Shown: positions 35,209 to 46,033, counted from the first letter of the stretch. The stretch: 64,000 nucleotides of DNA from Thermoguttaceae bacterium (GCA_963677085.2 CAXXFH010000006.1:43862-107861), one strand, 5' to 3'. Numbers and translations are program-made. Notes: generated from the sequence alone by a model not told the origin.

Positions 35209-38200
35209 ATGCTCAATACGATCATTCGCTTTTCGCTCGAAAACCGCATGTTGGTGGCGGCCGTTTCGTTGTTTCTGATCGTCTACGGCGGCTGGCAGGC
35301 CACGCGGTTGCCGATCGACGTGTTTCCCAATCTCGACCGTCCTCGGGTAACTGTCATCACCGAAGCGTCTGGCATGGCGCCCGAGGAAGTCGAAGCCCTG
35401 ATCACCTTTCCCTTGGAAACGGCCTTAAACGGCGCCACCGGCGTGCAGGCGGTGCGCAGTTCCTCGGGCGTGGGCATTTCGGTGATCTACGTCGAGTTCG
35501 ATTGGGACACCGACATCTACAACGATCGCCAAATCGTTAACGAACGGCTCGCCCTGGTTGCCGAGCGACTGCCGCCAGGCATCGCACCCCAGTTGGCACC
35601 CGTCTCGTCGATCATGGGTCAAATCATGATCGTGGGCCTCTTCAGCGAAGACGGCACGACCTCGCCCATGCAATTGCGCACTCTGGCCGACTGGCAGATC
35701 GCTCCCCGGCTGCTCACCATCGGCGGCGTGTCGCAGGTCTTCGTGATGGGTGGCGACCGCAAGCAGTTTCAGGTGCTCGTTTCGCCCGAGGCCTTGCTTC
35801 GCTACGGCGTAACGCTGCACGACGTGGAAACCGCGCTGGCCGAAAGCAATGCCAACGCCACGGGCGGGTATCTCGATCAACAGGGACCCAAGGAACTGCT
35901 GGTTCGCTGCCTGGGACGGATTCAAACCGTTGACCAGTTGGAAGACATCGTCGTCACGATGCGCGACGGCCGGCCCGTGCTGTTAAGTCAAGTGGCTGAA
36001 GTCCGAGAAGGGGCCCAAGTGAAACGGGGCGACAGTGCCGCCTTTGTGCGCGAAGACGAAGACCATTTCGCCGGCGGCCCGGCCGTAGTGATGACGATCA
36101 ACAAGCAGCCCAACGCCGACACGCGCGCCGTTAGCGCCGAGGTAACCGCCGCGCTGGAAGAGCTTCACGACGCCTTGCCCAGCAACCTCCGCATCGTTCC
36201 CAATCTGTATCAGCAACGGGCGTTCATCGACAGGGCGATTGAAAACGTGGCCGAGGCACTGCGCGACGGCAGTATCCTGGTTGTTGTGATCCTGTTTCTT
36301 TTTCTGCTGAATTTCCGCACTACATTCATCACGCTCACGGCCATCCCGTTGTCGCTGGCCATTACGGCCCTGGTGTTTGCCGGGTTCGGGCTGTCGATCA
36401 ACACGATGACCCTCGGCGGATTGGCCGTGGCCATTGGCGAATTGGTCGACGACGCCATCGTCGACGTCGAAAACATCTTCCGCCGGCTACGAGAGAATCA
36501 ACAAGCCGGCGAGCCTAAGCCGTCGTTGCAAGTCGTTTACGAAGCCAGCGCAGAAATACGCAACTCGATCGTCTTCGGCACGCTGATCGTGGTGTTGGTG
36601 TTCTTGCCGGTATTTGCCTTGGGAGGCATGGAAGGGCGGTTGTTCACGCCGCTGGGTATTGCTTACATCGTGTCGATTGTCTCCTCGCTGCTGGTTTCGC
36701 TGACGCTCACACCGGTGCTTTCCTCCTGGCTGTTGCCCAACGCACGGGCCATGCGCCACACGCGCGAAGGACTATTATTGCGAGGGCTCAAACAACTCGC
36801 CCGACTGTGTATCCGCTTCAGCCTCAAAACGTCGACCGGCGTGCTCGTGGCTGCCGGCTTGGCTGTAGCCCTGGCCGGCTGGAGCTTGTGGCAACTGGAA
36901 CGCGACTTCCTGCCACCGTTCAATGAAGGGGCCGTACAGCTCAACGTCATCCTCCCGCCCGGCACGTCGTTGACCACCTCGAGCGAGATCGCCAGAAAGG
37001 TCGAGCAGCGGCTGCAAGAGATTCCCGACTTGACTGCCTTCGTGCGCAAAACCGGCCGGGCCGAACTCGACGAACACGCGGTCACCGTGAACATGTCGGA
37101 AATCATCGCCACCTTCGATCCCGACAGCACGCGTTCGCGGGAAGAGATCCTCGACGACCTGCGCGAGACGATGGCCGACATCCCGGGCATTGTGGTCGGC
37201 GTAGAACAACCGCTGCAACACCTTATTTCCCACATGCTCTCCGGCGTGCAAGCCCAAGTGGCCATTAAACTCTACGGCGACGATCTGCCCACCTTGCGCC
37301 GCACGGCCGCGCAAATGCAGAATGCGATTTCCGACGTGCCCGGCGTGGTCGACTTGCAGATCGAAACGCAGACCGACATTCCCCAACTGCGAATCGAAAT
37401 CGACGGCCATCGACTGATGCAATACGGGTTGCGGCGCGATGATATCAACGAATTCGTCGAAACGGCCATGCACGGCCGCGTGATCTCCCAGGTGTTGCTG
37501 GGCCAACAGACATTCGACCTGATGATACGGCTCGACGAACCGTTTCGCGAAGACCTCGAAGCGGTCAAACGGCTGTCGATCGATCTGCCCGATGGCGGCA
37601 CCACGCCGCTGAGTTCCGTGGCCAAGATCTACGTGGCCGACGGCCCCAACACCATTAAGCGGGAAGATGTCCGCCGGCGAATCGTCTTGCAGTGCAACAC
37701 GGCCGGCCGAGGGCTGGTCGATGTAGTCCGCGATATCCAGAATCAACTTCGGCCGATCGAAAAGAACCTGCCCACGGGCTACTTCGTGCAATACGGCGGT
37801 CAGTTTACCAGCCAGGAATCGGCATCGCGGGTGATCGTGCTGCTGTTCGCCGTCTCGCTGGTGGGCATGTTTCTGGTGCTCTACTCGATGTTTCGCTCGG
37901 TCAACCTGGCCGTGCAAGTGATGATCGCGCTGCCGATGGCCTTTCTCGGTGCGGTAGCGGCACTGTACCTCACCGGACAAACGCTTACGGTGGCCGCCAT
38001 GGTGGGCTTCATCTCGCTTTGCGGTATTGCTGCTCGAAACGGTATTCTGCTGATTAACCACTACCTGCAACTGGTTCGAAATGAGGACGAGACGTGGTCG
38101 GCCGAGATGATCGTTCGCGCGGGCCAAGAGCGTATGGCCCCGGTACTGATGACCGCGTTGACCTCGGGCATCGGGCTGGTCCCGCTGGCGATGGCAGCCG

Positions 38201-38379
38201 GGCAGCCGGGCAAAGAGATCCTCTACCCCGTGGCCACCGTAATCATCGGCGGCCTGATCACCAGCACGGCGTTGGAGTTCTTCGTCCGCCCGGCCTTGTT
38301 CTGGAAATTCGGACTCCGCGCCGCCCAACGGGTGGTGGAAGCGGACGCCGACAAGGAACATCAAATTCAGGCATCTTGA
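35209..38379 (+). CDS. Heavy-metal efflux RND transporter, CusA/CzcA family
   Basis: 1056 aa. MLNTIIRFSLENRMLV N-terminus and 12-TM RND architecture, with strong resemblance to the HME-RND family throughout. Confidence 0.95.
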   Translation: MLNTIIRFSLENRMLVAAVSLFLIVYGGWQATRLPIDVFPNLDRPRVTVITEASGMAPEEVEALITFPLETALNGATGVQAVRSSSGVGISVIYVEFDWDTDIYNDRQIVNERLALVAERLPPGIAPQLAPVSSIMGQIMIVGLFSEDGTTSPMQLRTLADWQIAPRLLTIGGVSQVFVMGGDRKQFQVLVSPEALLRYGVTLHDVETALAESNANATGGYLDQQGPKELLVRCLGRIQTVDQLEDIVVTMRDGRPVLLSQVAEVREGAQVKRGDSAAFVREDEDHFAGGPAVVMTINKQPNADTRAVSAEVTAALEELHDALPSNLRIVPNLYQQRAFIDRAIENVAEALRDGSILVVVILFLFLLNFRTTFITLTAIPLSLAITALVFAGFGLSINTMTLGGLAVAIGELVDDAIVDVENIFRRLRENQQAGEPKPSLQVVYEASAEIRNSIVFGTLIVVLVFLPVFALGGMEGRLFTPLGIAYIVSIVSSLLVSLTLTPVLSSWLLPNARAMRHTREGLLLRGLKQLARLCIRFSLKTSTGVLVAAGLAVALAGWSLWQLERDFLPPFNEGAVQLNVILPPGTSLTTSSEIARKVEQRLQEIPDLTAFVRKTGRAELDEHAVTVNMSEIIATFDPDSTRSREEILDDLRETMADIPGIVVGVEQPLQHLISHMLSGVQAQVAIKLYGDDLPTLRRTAAQMQNAISDVPGVVDLQIETQTDIPQLRIEIDGHRLMQYGLRRDDINEFVETAMHGRVISQVLLGQQTFDLMIRLDEPFREDLEAVKRLSIDLPDGGTTPLSSVAKIYVADGPNTIKREDVRRRIVLQCNTAGRGLVDVVRDIQNQLRPIEKNLPTGYFVQYGGQFTSQESASRVIVLLFAVSLVGMFLVLYSMFRSVNLAVQVMIALPMAFLGAVAALYLTGQTLTVAAMVGFISLCGIAARNGILLINHYLQLVRNEDETWSAEMIVRAGQERMAPVLMTALTSGIGLVPLAMAAGQPGKEILYPVATVIIGGLITSTALEFFVRPALFWKFGLRAAQRVVEADADKEHQIQAS

Positions 38380-38623
38380 GCAACCATCCCAAAGCCGCGC
38401 CCGTCGGCCACACCGTTAGTGGATAGTGGGTAGCCGCGATAGCTCTGCTATCGGGGCGGCGTAGCCGCAAGAGGAGCGGGACACGAGCTGACGCTTCTTG
38501 TGCCTTCGGCACCCCTACCCGTTTCTCCCGCCACGCTTGTCCACACGCTGCCTTTCTGCAAGAATCAACAATCTCGACGACACCCGCCGAACTCGCTTAG
38601 AATCCGAGAAAGACCCTTGCCAG

Positions 38624-39283
38624 ATGAACACCTCCGACCGAGACCAAGCCGACCGCGTGAACCACTTCGATCAAGCGGCGGCCACCTGGGACGATAAGCC
38701 CGAGCGGGTGGCCGTAATGAAAACATTGAGCGAGGCTATCCTCCGCAATGCCCAACCGTCGCCCGAGACCGACGTGTTCGACTACGGTTGCGGCACGGGC
38801 CTGGTCAGTCTGTTCCTGCTGCCGCATGTGCGTAGCGTGACCGGGGCCGACAATTCGCCTGGCATGCTCGAAGTGCTGCGGCGCAAGATTGCCGAAAGTT
38901 CGCTCGAAAACATGAAGGTCGTTCAGCTCGACCTGCAACACGACGACGTACCGGCCGACAGGTATCACCTGATCGTCACCAGCATGGCGATGCACCACAT
39001 CGCCGACACCGACCGCGTGCTTCGCGCTTTCCACACGCTTTTGCATCCTGGCGGCACGCTTTGCATTACCGATCTCGACACGGAGCCGGGCATTTTCCAC
39101 GACCCGAAGTCGGCCGAAAGCGTTTACCACCACGGATTCGATCGCGACGAACTGGCCCGCCAACTCAAGGCAATCGGCTTCGCCCAAGTCGATGCGACGA
39201 CCGCCCATGTGCTCCGCCGTCCTGTGGCCGACGGCAGCGAACACGATTTTTCCCTGTTTTTGATCACGGCACGCTGCAGTTGA
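38624..39283 (+). CDS. Class I SAM-dependent methyltransferase
   Basis: Motif I VFDYGCGTGLV plus post-I/II motifs. The start was moved to ATG 38624. Confidence 0.8.
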   Translation: MNTSDRDQADRVNHFDQAAATWDDKPERVAVMKTLSEAILRNAQPSPETDVFDYGCGTGLVSLFLLPHVRSVTGADNSPGMLEVLRRKIAESSLENMKVVQLDLQHDDVPADRYHLIVTSMAMHHIADTDRVLRAFHTLLHPGGTLCITDLDTEPGIFHDPKSAESVYHHGFDRDELARQLKAIGFAQVDATTAHVLRRPVADGSEHDFSLFLITARCS

Positions 39284-39314
39284 CATCGGTCGCAAAACAG
39301 TTAAGCTGAAGGCG

Positions 39315-39482
39315 TACTTATTCTCAGGGCGGGGTGCAATTCCCCACCGGCGGTGTCCCAGGTTGCGTTGGGAAGCCCGCGAGCGCTCTTTCCACGATGG
39401 TTGATTCCCACCGCGGAAAGAGGTCAGCAGATCTGGTGTGATTCCAGAGCCGACGGTTACAGTCCGGATGGAAGAGGATAAG
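39315..39482 (+). promoter_or_regulatory. FMN riboswitch (RFN element)
   Basis: cttattctcagggcggggtgcaattccccaccggcggt ... agcccgcgagcg ... ggtcagcagatctggtgtgattccagagccgacggttacagtccggatggaagaggataag matches the conserved RFN core and P1 closing helix. It sits directly upstream of ribB. Confidence 0.9.
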
Positions 39483-39601
39483 ACAGTGAGCCTCTCGTCA
39501 ACGGCTTCTTGCCTGGCGCGATGCTGCCCGAACGCGTTTCGGCGGCTGTCTTCTCCGGTGCCCTGATTCTGGTAGCTCGTTTTTGCGATAGGGGTATTAC
39601 C

Positions 39602-40273
39602 ATGAATCAGACGTTATTGAGACGATTTGGCGAACCACGGCAGCGCGTGGAAAATGCCCTGGCCGCGTTGCGCGACGGCCGCGGCGTTCTGGTGACTGAC
39701 GACGAACACCGCGAAAACGAAGGCGACCTGATCTTCGCCACCGAATCGCTCACCGAAGCCCAAATGGCCCTGCTGATTCGCGAGTGCAGCGGGATTGTCT
39801 GCTTGTGTCTTCCGGACGACAAAGTCCGCCAGTTGGCTTTGCCGTTGATGGCACCGTCGAACACAAGCCGTTTTCAGACGGCGTTCACCGTATCGATCGA
39901 AGCTGCCCGGGGTGTGACCACGGGCGTGTCGGCTGCCGATCGGTTAACGACCGTACGCGCCGCGACGGCCGACGGTGCTCGGCCCGACGACCTTTATCAT
40001 CCCGGCCACGTCTTTCCCCTTCGGGCATGCCCAGGCGGAGTGCTCCAGCGTCGGGGGCATACGGAAGCCACGGTCGATCTGATGCGATTGGCCGGCTTGA
40101 AGCCCTACGGCGTATTGTGCGAGTTGACCAATCCCGACGGCACCATGGCCCGGCTGCCGGAAATCATGGCCTTTGCAGAGAAACACCGCCTACCGGTGTT
40201 GACCGTGGCCGATTTAGTGAGTTATCGCACCTGCGACGGGACGGCCGTCGGGTGCGATGCGATGTGTGGCTGA
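39602..40273 (+). CDS. ribB: 3,4-dihydroxy-2-butanone-4-phosphate synthase (monofunctional)
   Basis: [34 protein letters not shown] and [15 protein letters not shown] are RibB signatures. The start was moved to ATG 39602. No GTP cyclohydrolase II domain is attached. Confidence 0.9.
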   Translation: MNQTLLRRFGEPRQRVENALAALRDGRGVLVTDDEHRENEGDLIFATESLTEAQMALLIRECSGIVCLCLPDDKVRQLALPLMAPSNTSRFQTAFTVSIEAARGVTTGVSAADRLTTVRAATADGARPDDLYHPGHVFPLRACPGGVLQRRGHTEATVDLMRLAGLKPYGVLCELTNPDGTMARLPEIMAFAEKHRLPVLTVADLVSYRTCDGTAVGCDAMCG

Positions 40274-40282
40274 GGCGCATCC

Positions 40283-41926
40283 TCATTGGTAACAGTCTGC
40301 ATACCATTGCTGCCACAGGTCGGCCAACTTGGTGACGATCTCCGGGTGCGCGGCGGCCAGGTTGTCGGTCTCCGTGCGGTCGGTGCTCAGGTCGTAGAGT
40401 TCCCAGGGGCCGTTGTAGCTGACCAGTTTCCACTTGCCCTGGCGCACTGCTCGGCCTTTGTCCCATTGCCAGAAGATGGGCTTGCGCTGCGGGAGTTTTT
40501 CGCCGCGGAAAATCGGCACCAGGCTTTCGCCTTGTAGAGGCGTGATCTTCGTGTCGCCCAACTCGCTCGGGTAATCGGCCCCGGCGATGTCGACCAACGT
40601 GGCCATGAAGTCGATGAAGTGGCCCGGCCGACGGCAAATGCGGCCACCGTCCTTAACGACCTTCGGCCAACAAACGACCAACGGCGTACAGATGCCGCCC
40701 TCGTGACTGTAGTTCTTGAACTTGCGAAACGGCGTGTTGCTTACATTGGCCCAAGGCCCCCTGACCGAACTCCAGCGGGTCATCGTTCCGATTTCGCCCG
40801 AGCCGATGTCGACTACTTCGGAAGACCCGCCGTTGTCAGAGCAAAACATTACCAAGGTGTTGTCTTCTTCGCCCAACTCGCGGATCTTCGCCAACAGGCG
40901 GCCGATGTTCTGATCCATGCGGTCGACCATGGCCGCGTAGACGGCCATCCGTAAGTCCTCCTGGTCGCGAACATCCTCCGATAGAGTCTCCCAGTCGGGC
41001 GATTCGCGTTTGCTCAGCGGGGTGGTTTTCGGGTTGATAAGCCCCATTTTCACTTGGCGGTTATACCGGGCATTGCGGATCGCTTCGTAGCCAACACGAT
41101 ATTTGCCACGATATTTGGCGATGTCTTGGGGCCAAGCCATCAGCGGGTCGTGCGGTGCGTTGTAAGCCATGTAGAGCAGAAAGGGTTTGTCTTCGCCCTT
41201 GTACTCATCGAGCCATGCGAGTGCGCGGTTGGTGAAGTAGTCGGTCGTGTAGAAGTCCTTTTGCTCTGGCGTGTAAGGCTGCAACGTCTCGCCGTCGATA
41301 CACCAATTTCGTTTGCCATAGCGTTTCTGGGCCGGTTTGGGCTCGCCGGGCCGCTGCAGACCGGGATTGAAGTAGTTGCAGGCCCCGTCGCGGAGTCCGT
41401 CGTAGCGATCGAAACCACGGTCGAAGGGATTTTCGGTACCGTGGTGTTTGCCAGCCCACAGCGTGCGGTAGCCGGCCGTACGGAGAACCTCGCCTAGGGT
41501 AACGGCGTTTTGGATCGGCCCATGGCGTCGTGCCATACGGCACTGTTGCGAGTAGACGCCCGTGAGCAAGCAGGCGCGAGAAGGAAAACACTTCGACGTG
41601 TTGTAGAACTGGGTGAAACGGATGCCACCGGCCGCCAGCCGGTCGATATGGGGCGTGTCGATCTCGCCGCCATAACAGCCGATGTCGCTGAAGCCCATGT
41701 CGTCGCAGAGGATTAACAGAATGTTCGGACGGTCGTCGGCCGCGGCCGTTGAACCAACCAAGAGCAGCACGGCAAGCGTCAGGAAGTGACGACTCCAAAA
41801 CGGGCCGTTTCGACCGTGGCCAAACCTATCGAGGCCGACCTCCGACTCGTTGGTCCGTCGCCTACCAGAAACGCGGTCGTCGGCCGCGCGACGATCGCTT
41901 GTTGAACTCGGCCGAGTTATTCGCAT
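40283..41926 (-). CDS. Arylsulfatase (formylglycine-dependent sulfatase family)
   Basis: NILLILCDDMGFSDIGCYGGEIDTPHIDRLA and the C-x-P-x-R maturation motif (SKCFPSRACLLTG). Confidence 0.9.
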   Translation of the reverse strand: MRITRPSSTSDRRAADDRVSGRRRTNESEVGLDRFGHGRNGPFWSRHFLTLAVLLLVGSTAAADDRPNILLILCDDMGFSDIGCYGGEIDTPHIDRLAAGGIRFTQFYNTSKCFPSRACLLTGVYSQQCRMARRHGPIQNAVTLGEVLRTAGYRTLWAGKHHGTENPFDRGFDRYDGLRDGACNYFNPGLQRPGEPKPAQKRYGKRNWCIDGETLQPYTPEQKDFYTTDYFTNRALAWLDEYKGEDKPFLLYMAYNAPHDPLMAWPQDIAKYRGKYRVGYEAIRNARYNRQVKMGLINPKTTPLSKRESPDWETLSEDVRDQEDLRMAVYAAMVDRMDQNIGRLLAKIRELGEEDNTLVMFCSDNGGSSEVVDIGSGEIGTMTRWSSVRGPWANVSNTPFRKFKNYSHEGGICTPLVVCWPKVVKDGGRICRRPGHFIDFMATLVDIAGADYPSELGDTKITPLQGESLVPIFRGEKLPQRKPIFWQWDKGRAVRQGKWKLVSYNGPWELYDLSTDRTETDNLAAAHPEIVTKLADLWQQWYADCYQ

Positions 41927-42320
41927 CTTTGCTCATCTTCCGCAACTGTGCCCGTACTGGCCGTGACAGGTTCAACGAGCGATTCGTTCCCATGGAGTAA
42001 TCGCCCGTTTTCAGTCTAACGCCTCAACCGCGGGCGTGCAAAAAACGGCAAAACGGCTTCCGTTTGGCTGAATAGTTACGCAAATCCAGGCTGTCGCGAA
42101 GCACGGCCCGGCGACGCGGCAACTAATTTATCGGTCGATCCCAAGAAGGAAAAAAGGGTGCGTTTGCACGCACCCGGTGTGAACCCTATCACGAGAAGCC
42201 GTTTCAGAACCCGTGTCGACGTTGTTCGTCCAGCGAATGTACGAGCCCGGAGCTGAGTTTTGAAATGCCTCGACAGACTATCAGCGCAGCACGGCACTGG
42301 GCCCAGACGCAGAGATAAGA

Positions 42321-43508
42321 CTACTTCTCTTTCTCTTCTTCCTCTTCATCCTCGTCCTCTTCCTCCCAGTCCTCATCCTCCTCGTCGTCGTCTTCCTCCC
42401 AGTCCTCGTCCTCGTCCTCGTCGCCTACTTCCTCCCACTCATCATCCTCGAACTCGTCGTCGTCCTCTTCCTCCCCCTCTTCATCGTCATCGAAGTCGTC
42501 GTCATAGTCATCGTCGTAGTCGTCGTCGAAGTCCTCGTCATAGTCGTCGTCCTCATCCTCTTCGTCGTCATCGCCATCGTCATCGTCGTCGTCCAAATCA
42601 TCCTGAGCCTTCAAGGGCGTCGTGGTGCCCGTCTCGTCAACGACGACAACCGAAGTGGCCATTTCGTCGGCCAATGTTGTTTCTACAGTGGCAAGGGAAA
42701 TCATTTTCTTCACGTTCATCTCCTCTTCCGCGGCATGGCTGGAATCGGTCCCCGCAGAGATTGCTTGATTCGTTTCCGAAGAATCAGTATTACTGTCGCT
42801 GTTGGGATCTATTTCGGCAACCCCGACTCGTTGCAGTATCTCTTTTCGGGGCAATTCATCCAGATGCCGCAGTCCAAATACCTGCAAAAAACGTTTTGTT
42901 GTACCATAAAGTAACGGTCGCCCCAGTTCCTCTGAGCGGCCGGCAATCCGCACTAAATCACGTTCGATCAACTGCCGAAGCATTTCGCCGCATTGCACAC
43001 CCCGAATCGCTTCGATCTCGGCTCGTAAGACCGGCTGGCGATAAGCCACCACAGCGAGGGTCTCCATGGCCGGGGCCGACAGCCGCACCTCGACCTGTGC
43101 TGCATGTAGCCGGCGAAGCCAGGGAGCGAATTGCGGCCGCGTCAAGAGTGTAAAACCACCGGCAATTTCTTCGACACGAAACGCGCTTCCCTCGGCGTCA
43201 TACCGCCGATTCAGTTCGCGCACCAGTGTACGCGCTTTAGTGCCATCCGCCAAGCCGGCCAACTGGGCAAGTTTTCGGGTATTTAACGGATTCTGCGCAA
43301 TCAGCAACACCGCTTCCAGACGCTGCATTCGCGGGCTGCGGGCATGAGGGCTCGAACCTCGCGGTTCATCGTCCCCTCGCTGCTCCCCCCTGCCGGGCCA
43401 CCAGCGTGCCGACCCGGCTGCTGCCGTACCGCGATGATTCAACTCCAGGCGGTAGCGCAAGGCCACGCTGCCCAATTGTTCTGCCGTCGTGCCGGGGCGT
43501 TGGTACAT
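42321..43508 (-). CDS. scpB: Segregation and condensation protein B with ~130-aa poly-acidic C-terminal extension
   Basis: Tandem wHTH ScpB core (LEAVLLIAQNPL...; ETLAVVAYRQPVLRAEIEAIRGV...GRPLLYGTTKRFLQVFGL), followed by a D/E/Y/W-only tail. Confidence 0.85.
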   Translation of the reverse strand: MYQRPGTTAEQLGSVALRYRLELNHRGTAAAGSARWWPGRGEQRGDDEPRGSSPHARSPRMQRLEAVLLIAQNPLNTRKLAQLAGLADGTKARTLVRELNRRYDAEGSAFRVEEIAGGFTLLTRPQFAPWLRRLHAAQVEVRLSAPAMETLAVVAYRQPVLRAEIEAIRGVQCGEMLRQLIERDLVRIAGRSEELGRPLLYGTTKRFLQVFGLRHLDELPRKEILQRVGVAEIDPNSDSNTDSSETNQAISAGTDSSHAAEEEMNVKKMISLATVETTLADEMATSVVVVDETGTTTPLKAQDDLDDDDDDGDDDEEDEDDDYDEDFDDDYDDDYDDDFDDDEEGEEEDDDEFEDDEWEEVGDEDEDEDWEEDDDEEDEDWEEEDEDEEEEEKEK

Positions 43509-43583
43509 CAGTTCAACCTACGTGCCAAGACGCTCTAAGGCAAGCAACAAAAAAACCATCGGAGTTTCGCTCTTCGCGCAGAC

Positions 43584-44381
43584 TCACCGAGTGGCCACCC
43601 ACGTCTCGACTTGGCGAAGCACCGTAGCCATGGCCCGAAGCGGGTCGGCGTTGGTCTCTTCGAAATGATGCGTGTAGTTCGGGTTGCCGCCCACTGCCAC
43701 CCGACAGTGAAATCGATAGGTGGCTCCCCAGCTCTCCAGCAGGTAGTAAGTAGCTCCCAACGACCGAAGTCGCTGCTGGATGTAGGTGAACTGGTCGACC
43801 CCGTCCGCCGCATTCCGGGCAGGTGGCCGAACCGCACCATTGGGCAACGCACCATTAGACAGGGCCGCTGCCGTGCCCGGAAAACCGCCAACCGCGGCTG
43901 GCGAAAATGACCGATCGGCTGAGTCGGCCGGCCTTACCGCGTCGTGCTCGCCGGGCAGGGCGCTGTCGGTCGGCCAAACGGCGGCCATCGTCGGGGGGTA
44001 GCTGTCCGGCTGCTCGTTCGCCACGACCGCAGGCACAGCCGTTTCGTAGCTCACCGGCGATACGCCCGTTGGCATCGGGCAAGTCGATGGCATGGCACCC
44101 GCCGGCGGAATCGGCGCCAGTCCGGCAGGCTGTCCTTGGGGAAAGAGCGGTTGCGGTGGCGTGGTCATGACCGCCTGAGTCATCGGCAACGGCTCGAACC
44201 GCGGCGCCTCGCTCGCACAACATGCTTCCGATTCCGCCGTCGGTGGCCATTTTCCGGCCAGCAACGATCGGAGGACGTCGGGAAACGAATTGCCAAATAT
44301 CGCGGCCGCGGGAATGGCAATCAGACAGACTAGCATCACCAGCGCGCGAAAAAATACCGTCGCTGGGGAAGATTGAGACAT
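43584..44381 (-). CDS. Hypothetical membrane-anchored Pro-rich protein
   Basis: N-terminal TM segment (FFRALVMLVCLIAIPAAAIF), Pro-rich linker and a compact C-terminal domain. Co-directional with scpB, 75 bp upstream of it. Confidence 0.5.
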   Translation of the reverse strand: MSQSSPATVFFRALVMLVCLIAIPAAAIFGNSFPDVLRSLLAGKWPPTAESEACCASEAPRFEPLPMTQAVMTTPPQPLFPQGQPAGLAPIPPAGAMPSTCPMPTGVSPVSYETAVPAVVANEQPDSYPPTMAAVWPTDSALPGEHDAVRPADSADRSFSPAAVGGFPGTAAALSNGALPNGAVRPPARNAADGVDQFTYIQQRLRSLGATYYLLESWGATYRFHCRVAVGGNPNYTHHFEETNADPLRAMATVLRQVETWVATR

Positions 44382-44715
44382 GGGCGTTCCTTTCGCCTGT
44401 CGAAGTCACGAACATCCTTGTTCGCCAACCGCTGTGGTCGACTCGCCGACGCAGCGGTGCCGTCGCACCAGGAATACCTCAGCCCTGAGTACCTCGGTAC
44501 TTTCCTAGAACGCGAATTCTAACTAGCCGGGGCAACCGACAGCAATGCCAAATCGTGACGGCCGCGTTCAATCCCCCCAAATTGGCCCGCTTTCTGGTTT
44601 TCCTGGTTTCCACGCGAAGCATGGGAACGAGAAGAAGTGGAAAATGGGCCGTAGCGGCCCCCGATCCAACGTGACCATGCTTGCCAAACGTGGTCGCGTC
44701 GTCAAGAATTTGGGT

Positions 44716-45870
44716 ATGTCCATCTATCTCGACCACAATGCCACGACGCCAATCCACGCCGAAGTGGTGGAAGCCATGACCCGCTGCCACGCCGATGGCT
44801 ACGCCAATCCGGCCAGCCCGCATCGGCCGGGACAACGGGCTCGTCGAGTGCTTGAAGACGCTCGGGAGCGGATTGCCGAGTTGCTGGGAGCTAACCTCAC
44901 CTGCCCAAAGCCCGACCGGCTCGTTCTCACCGCCAGTGCCACGGAGGCCAACAACCTAGCCTTGCTGGGTATTGCCCAAGCGGCGGACGTGCGACCGGGG
45001 CAACTTGTCATCTCGGCCGTGGAACACGCCAGCGTCATCGAACCGGCCGAACACCTGCTGGACGAACATTGGCAGCTCGACACTTTGGCCGTCGATTCGC
45101 GGGGTGTCGTCCGCGGCGACCTCCTGCCTGGGCTGCTCGGCAAAAACACGGCCCTGGTAAGCGTCATCCTGGGCAACCACGACACGGGCGTGTTGCAACC
45201 GGTCGACCGCCTGGCGGAAGTATGCGACCAATTCGGCGTTCCTCTGCACACCGATGCCGTGCAAGTTGTCGGGAAATTGCCCGTCAATTTCCGCCAACTT
45301 CGGGTAGCGGCTATGACGGTGACAGCCCATAAATTCGGTGGACCGGTGGGCGTGGGGGCCTTGCTGCTACGCCATGACACGACCCTAAAACCGCTTTTGT
45401 TCGGCGGTCATCAGCAGTCGGGCCTTTGGCCGGGGACTGAATCGGTACCGCTGGCCGTGGGAATGTTGACCGCCCTGGAGATCTGCTCCCGCGACGCGGA
45501 ACGCCACCGCCGACACTTGGAAAACCTGCGTCAGCAGTTTGAAGACGGCCTTCGGTCTGGTTGGTCGGAGATCGTCGTCCACGGTGAATCGGCATCGCGT
45601 CTCCCCCAAACGAGTAACATCGCCTTTCCTGGACTCGATGGCCAAGTGCTGCTGATGGCACTCGACTTAGCGGGCGTCGCTTGCTCGGCCGGCTCGGCCT
45701 GTTCGAGCGGATCGACCGAATTGTCGCCAACGCTCCGCGCGATGGGTCTGCCGAGCGATCTGCTCCGCGGTTCGCTGCGTTTCAGCGTCGGTGCCACCAA
45801 TACCGAGGCCGAAATTCGCGAGGCCGTTGGCCGGATCCTTGACGTCTGCCGGCAACTTCGAAGTTCGTGA
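44716..45870 (+). CDS. Cysteine desulfurase (NifS/IscS family, PLP-dependent)
   Basis: IYLDHNATTP N-terminus, ...HKFGGPVGVGAL (PLP Lys region) and SAGSACSSG catalytic Cys loop. The start was moved to ATG 44716, past a hairpin repeat. Confidence 0.9.
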   Translation: MSIYLDHNATTPIHAEVVEAMTRCHADGYANPASPHRPGQRARRVLEDARERIAELLGANLTCPKPDRLVLTASATEANNLALLGIAQAADVRPGQLVISAVEHASVIEPAEHLLDEHWQLDTLAVDSRGVVRGDLLPGLLGKNTALVSVILGNHDTGVLQPVDRLAEVCDQFGVPLHTDAVQVVGKLPVNFRQLRVAAMTVTAHKFGGPVGVGALLLRHDTTLKPLLFGGHQQSGLWPGTESVPLAVGMLTALEICSRDAERHRRHLENLRQQFEDGLRSGWSEIVVHGESASRLPQTSNIAFPGLDGQVLLMALDLAGVACSAGSACSSGSTELSPTLRAMGLPSDLLRGSLRFSVGATNTEAEIREAVGRILDVCRQLRSS

Positions 45871-46033
45871 TTCTCAGACTGTTCATGGCCGCCGAAGCGA
45901 CCACGCCTCTCGGGGGGGCCGCAGAAGAAACCTTGAAGAGATACTGCCGGTAACCTGAAGGCGTGAGAACCAACGGTTTTTCTTTCCGAACCGGGTCCGT
46001 TTCGCCTCGTAAAACTGGGCCGAAAGCGGTACA

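Noticed and set aside
42260-43153. 297-aa Arg/Pro/His/Ser-rich ORF on the plus strand.
   Set aside because: It is the mirror image of the GAx/GAy codon run that encodes the ScpB acidic tail. The ScpB frame has clear homology-type motifs, and this one has none.
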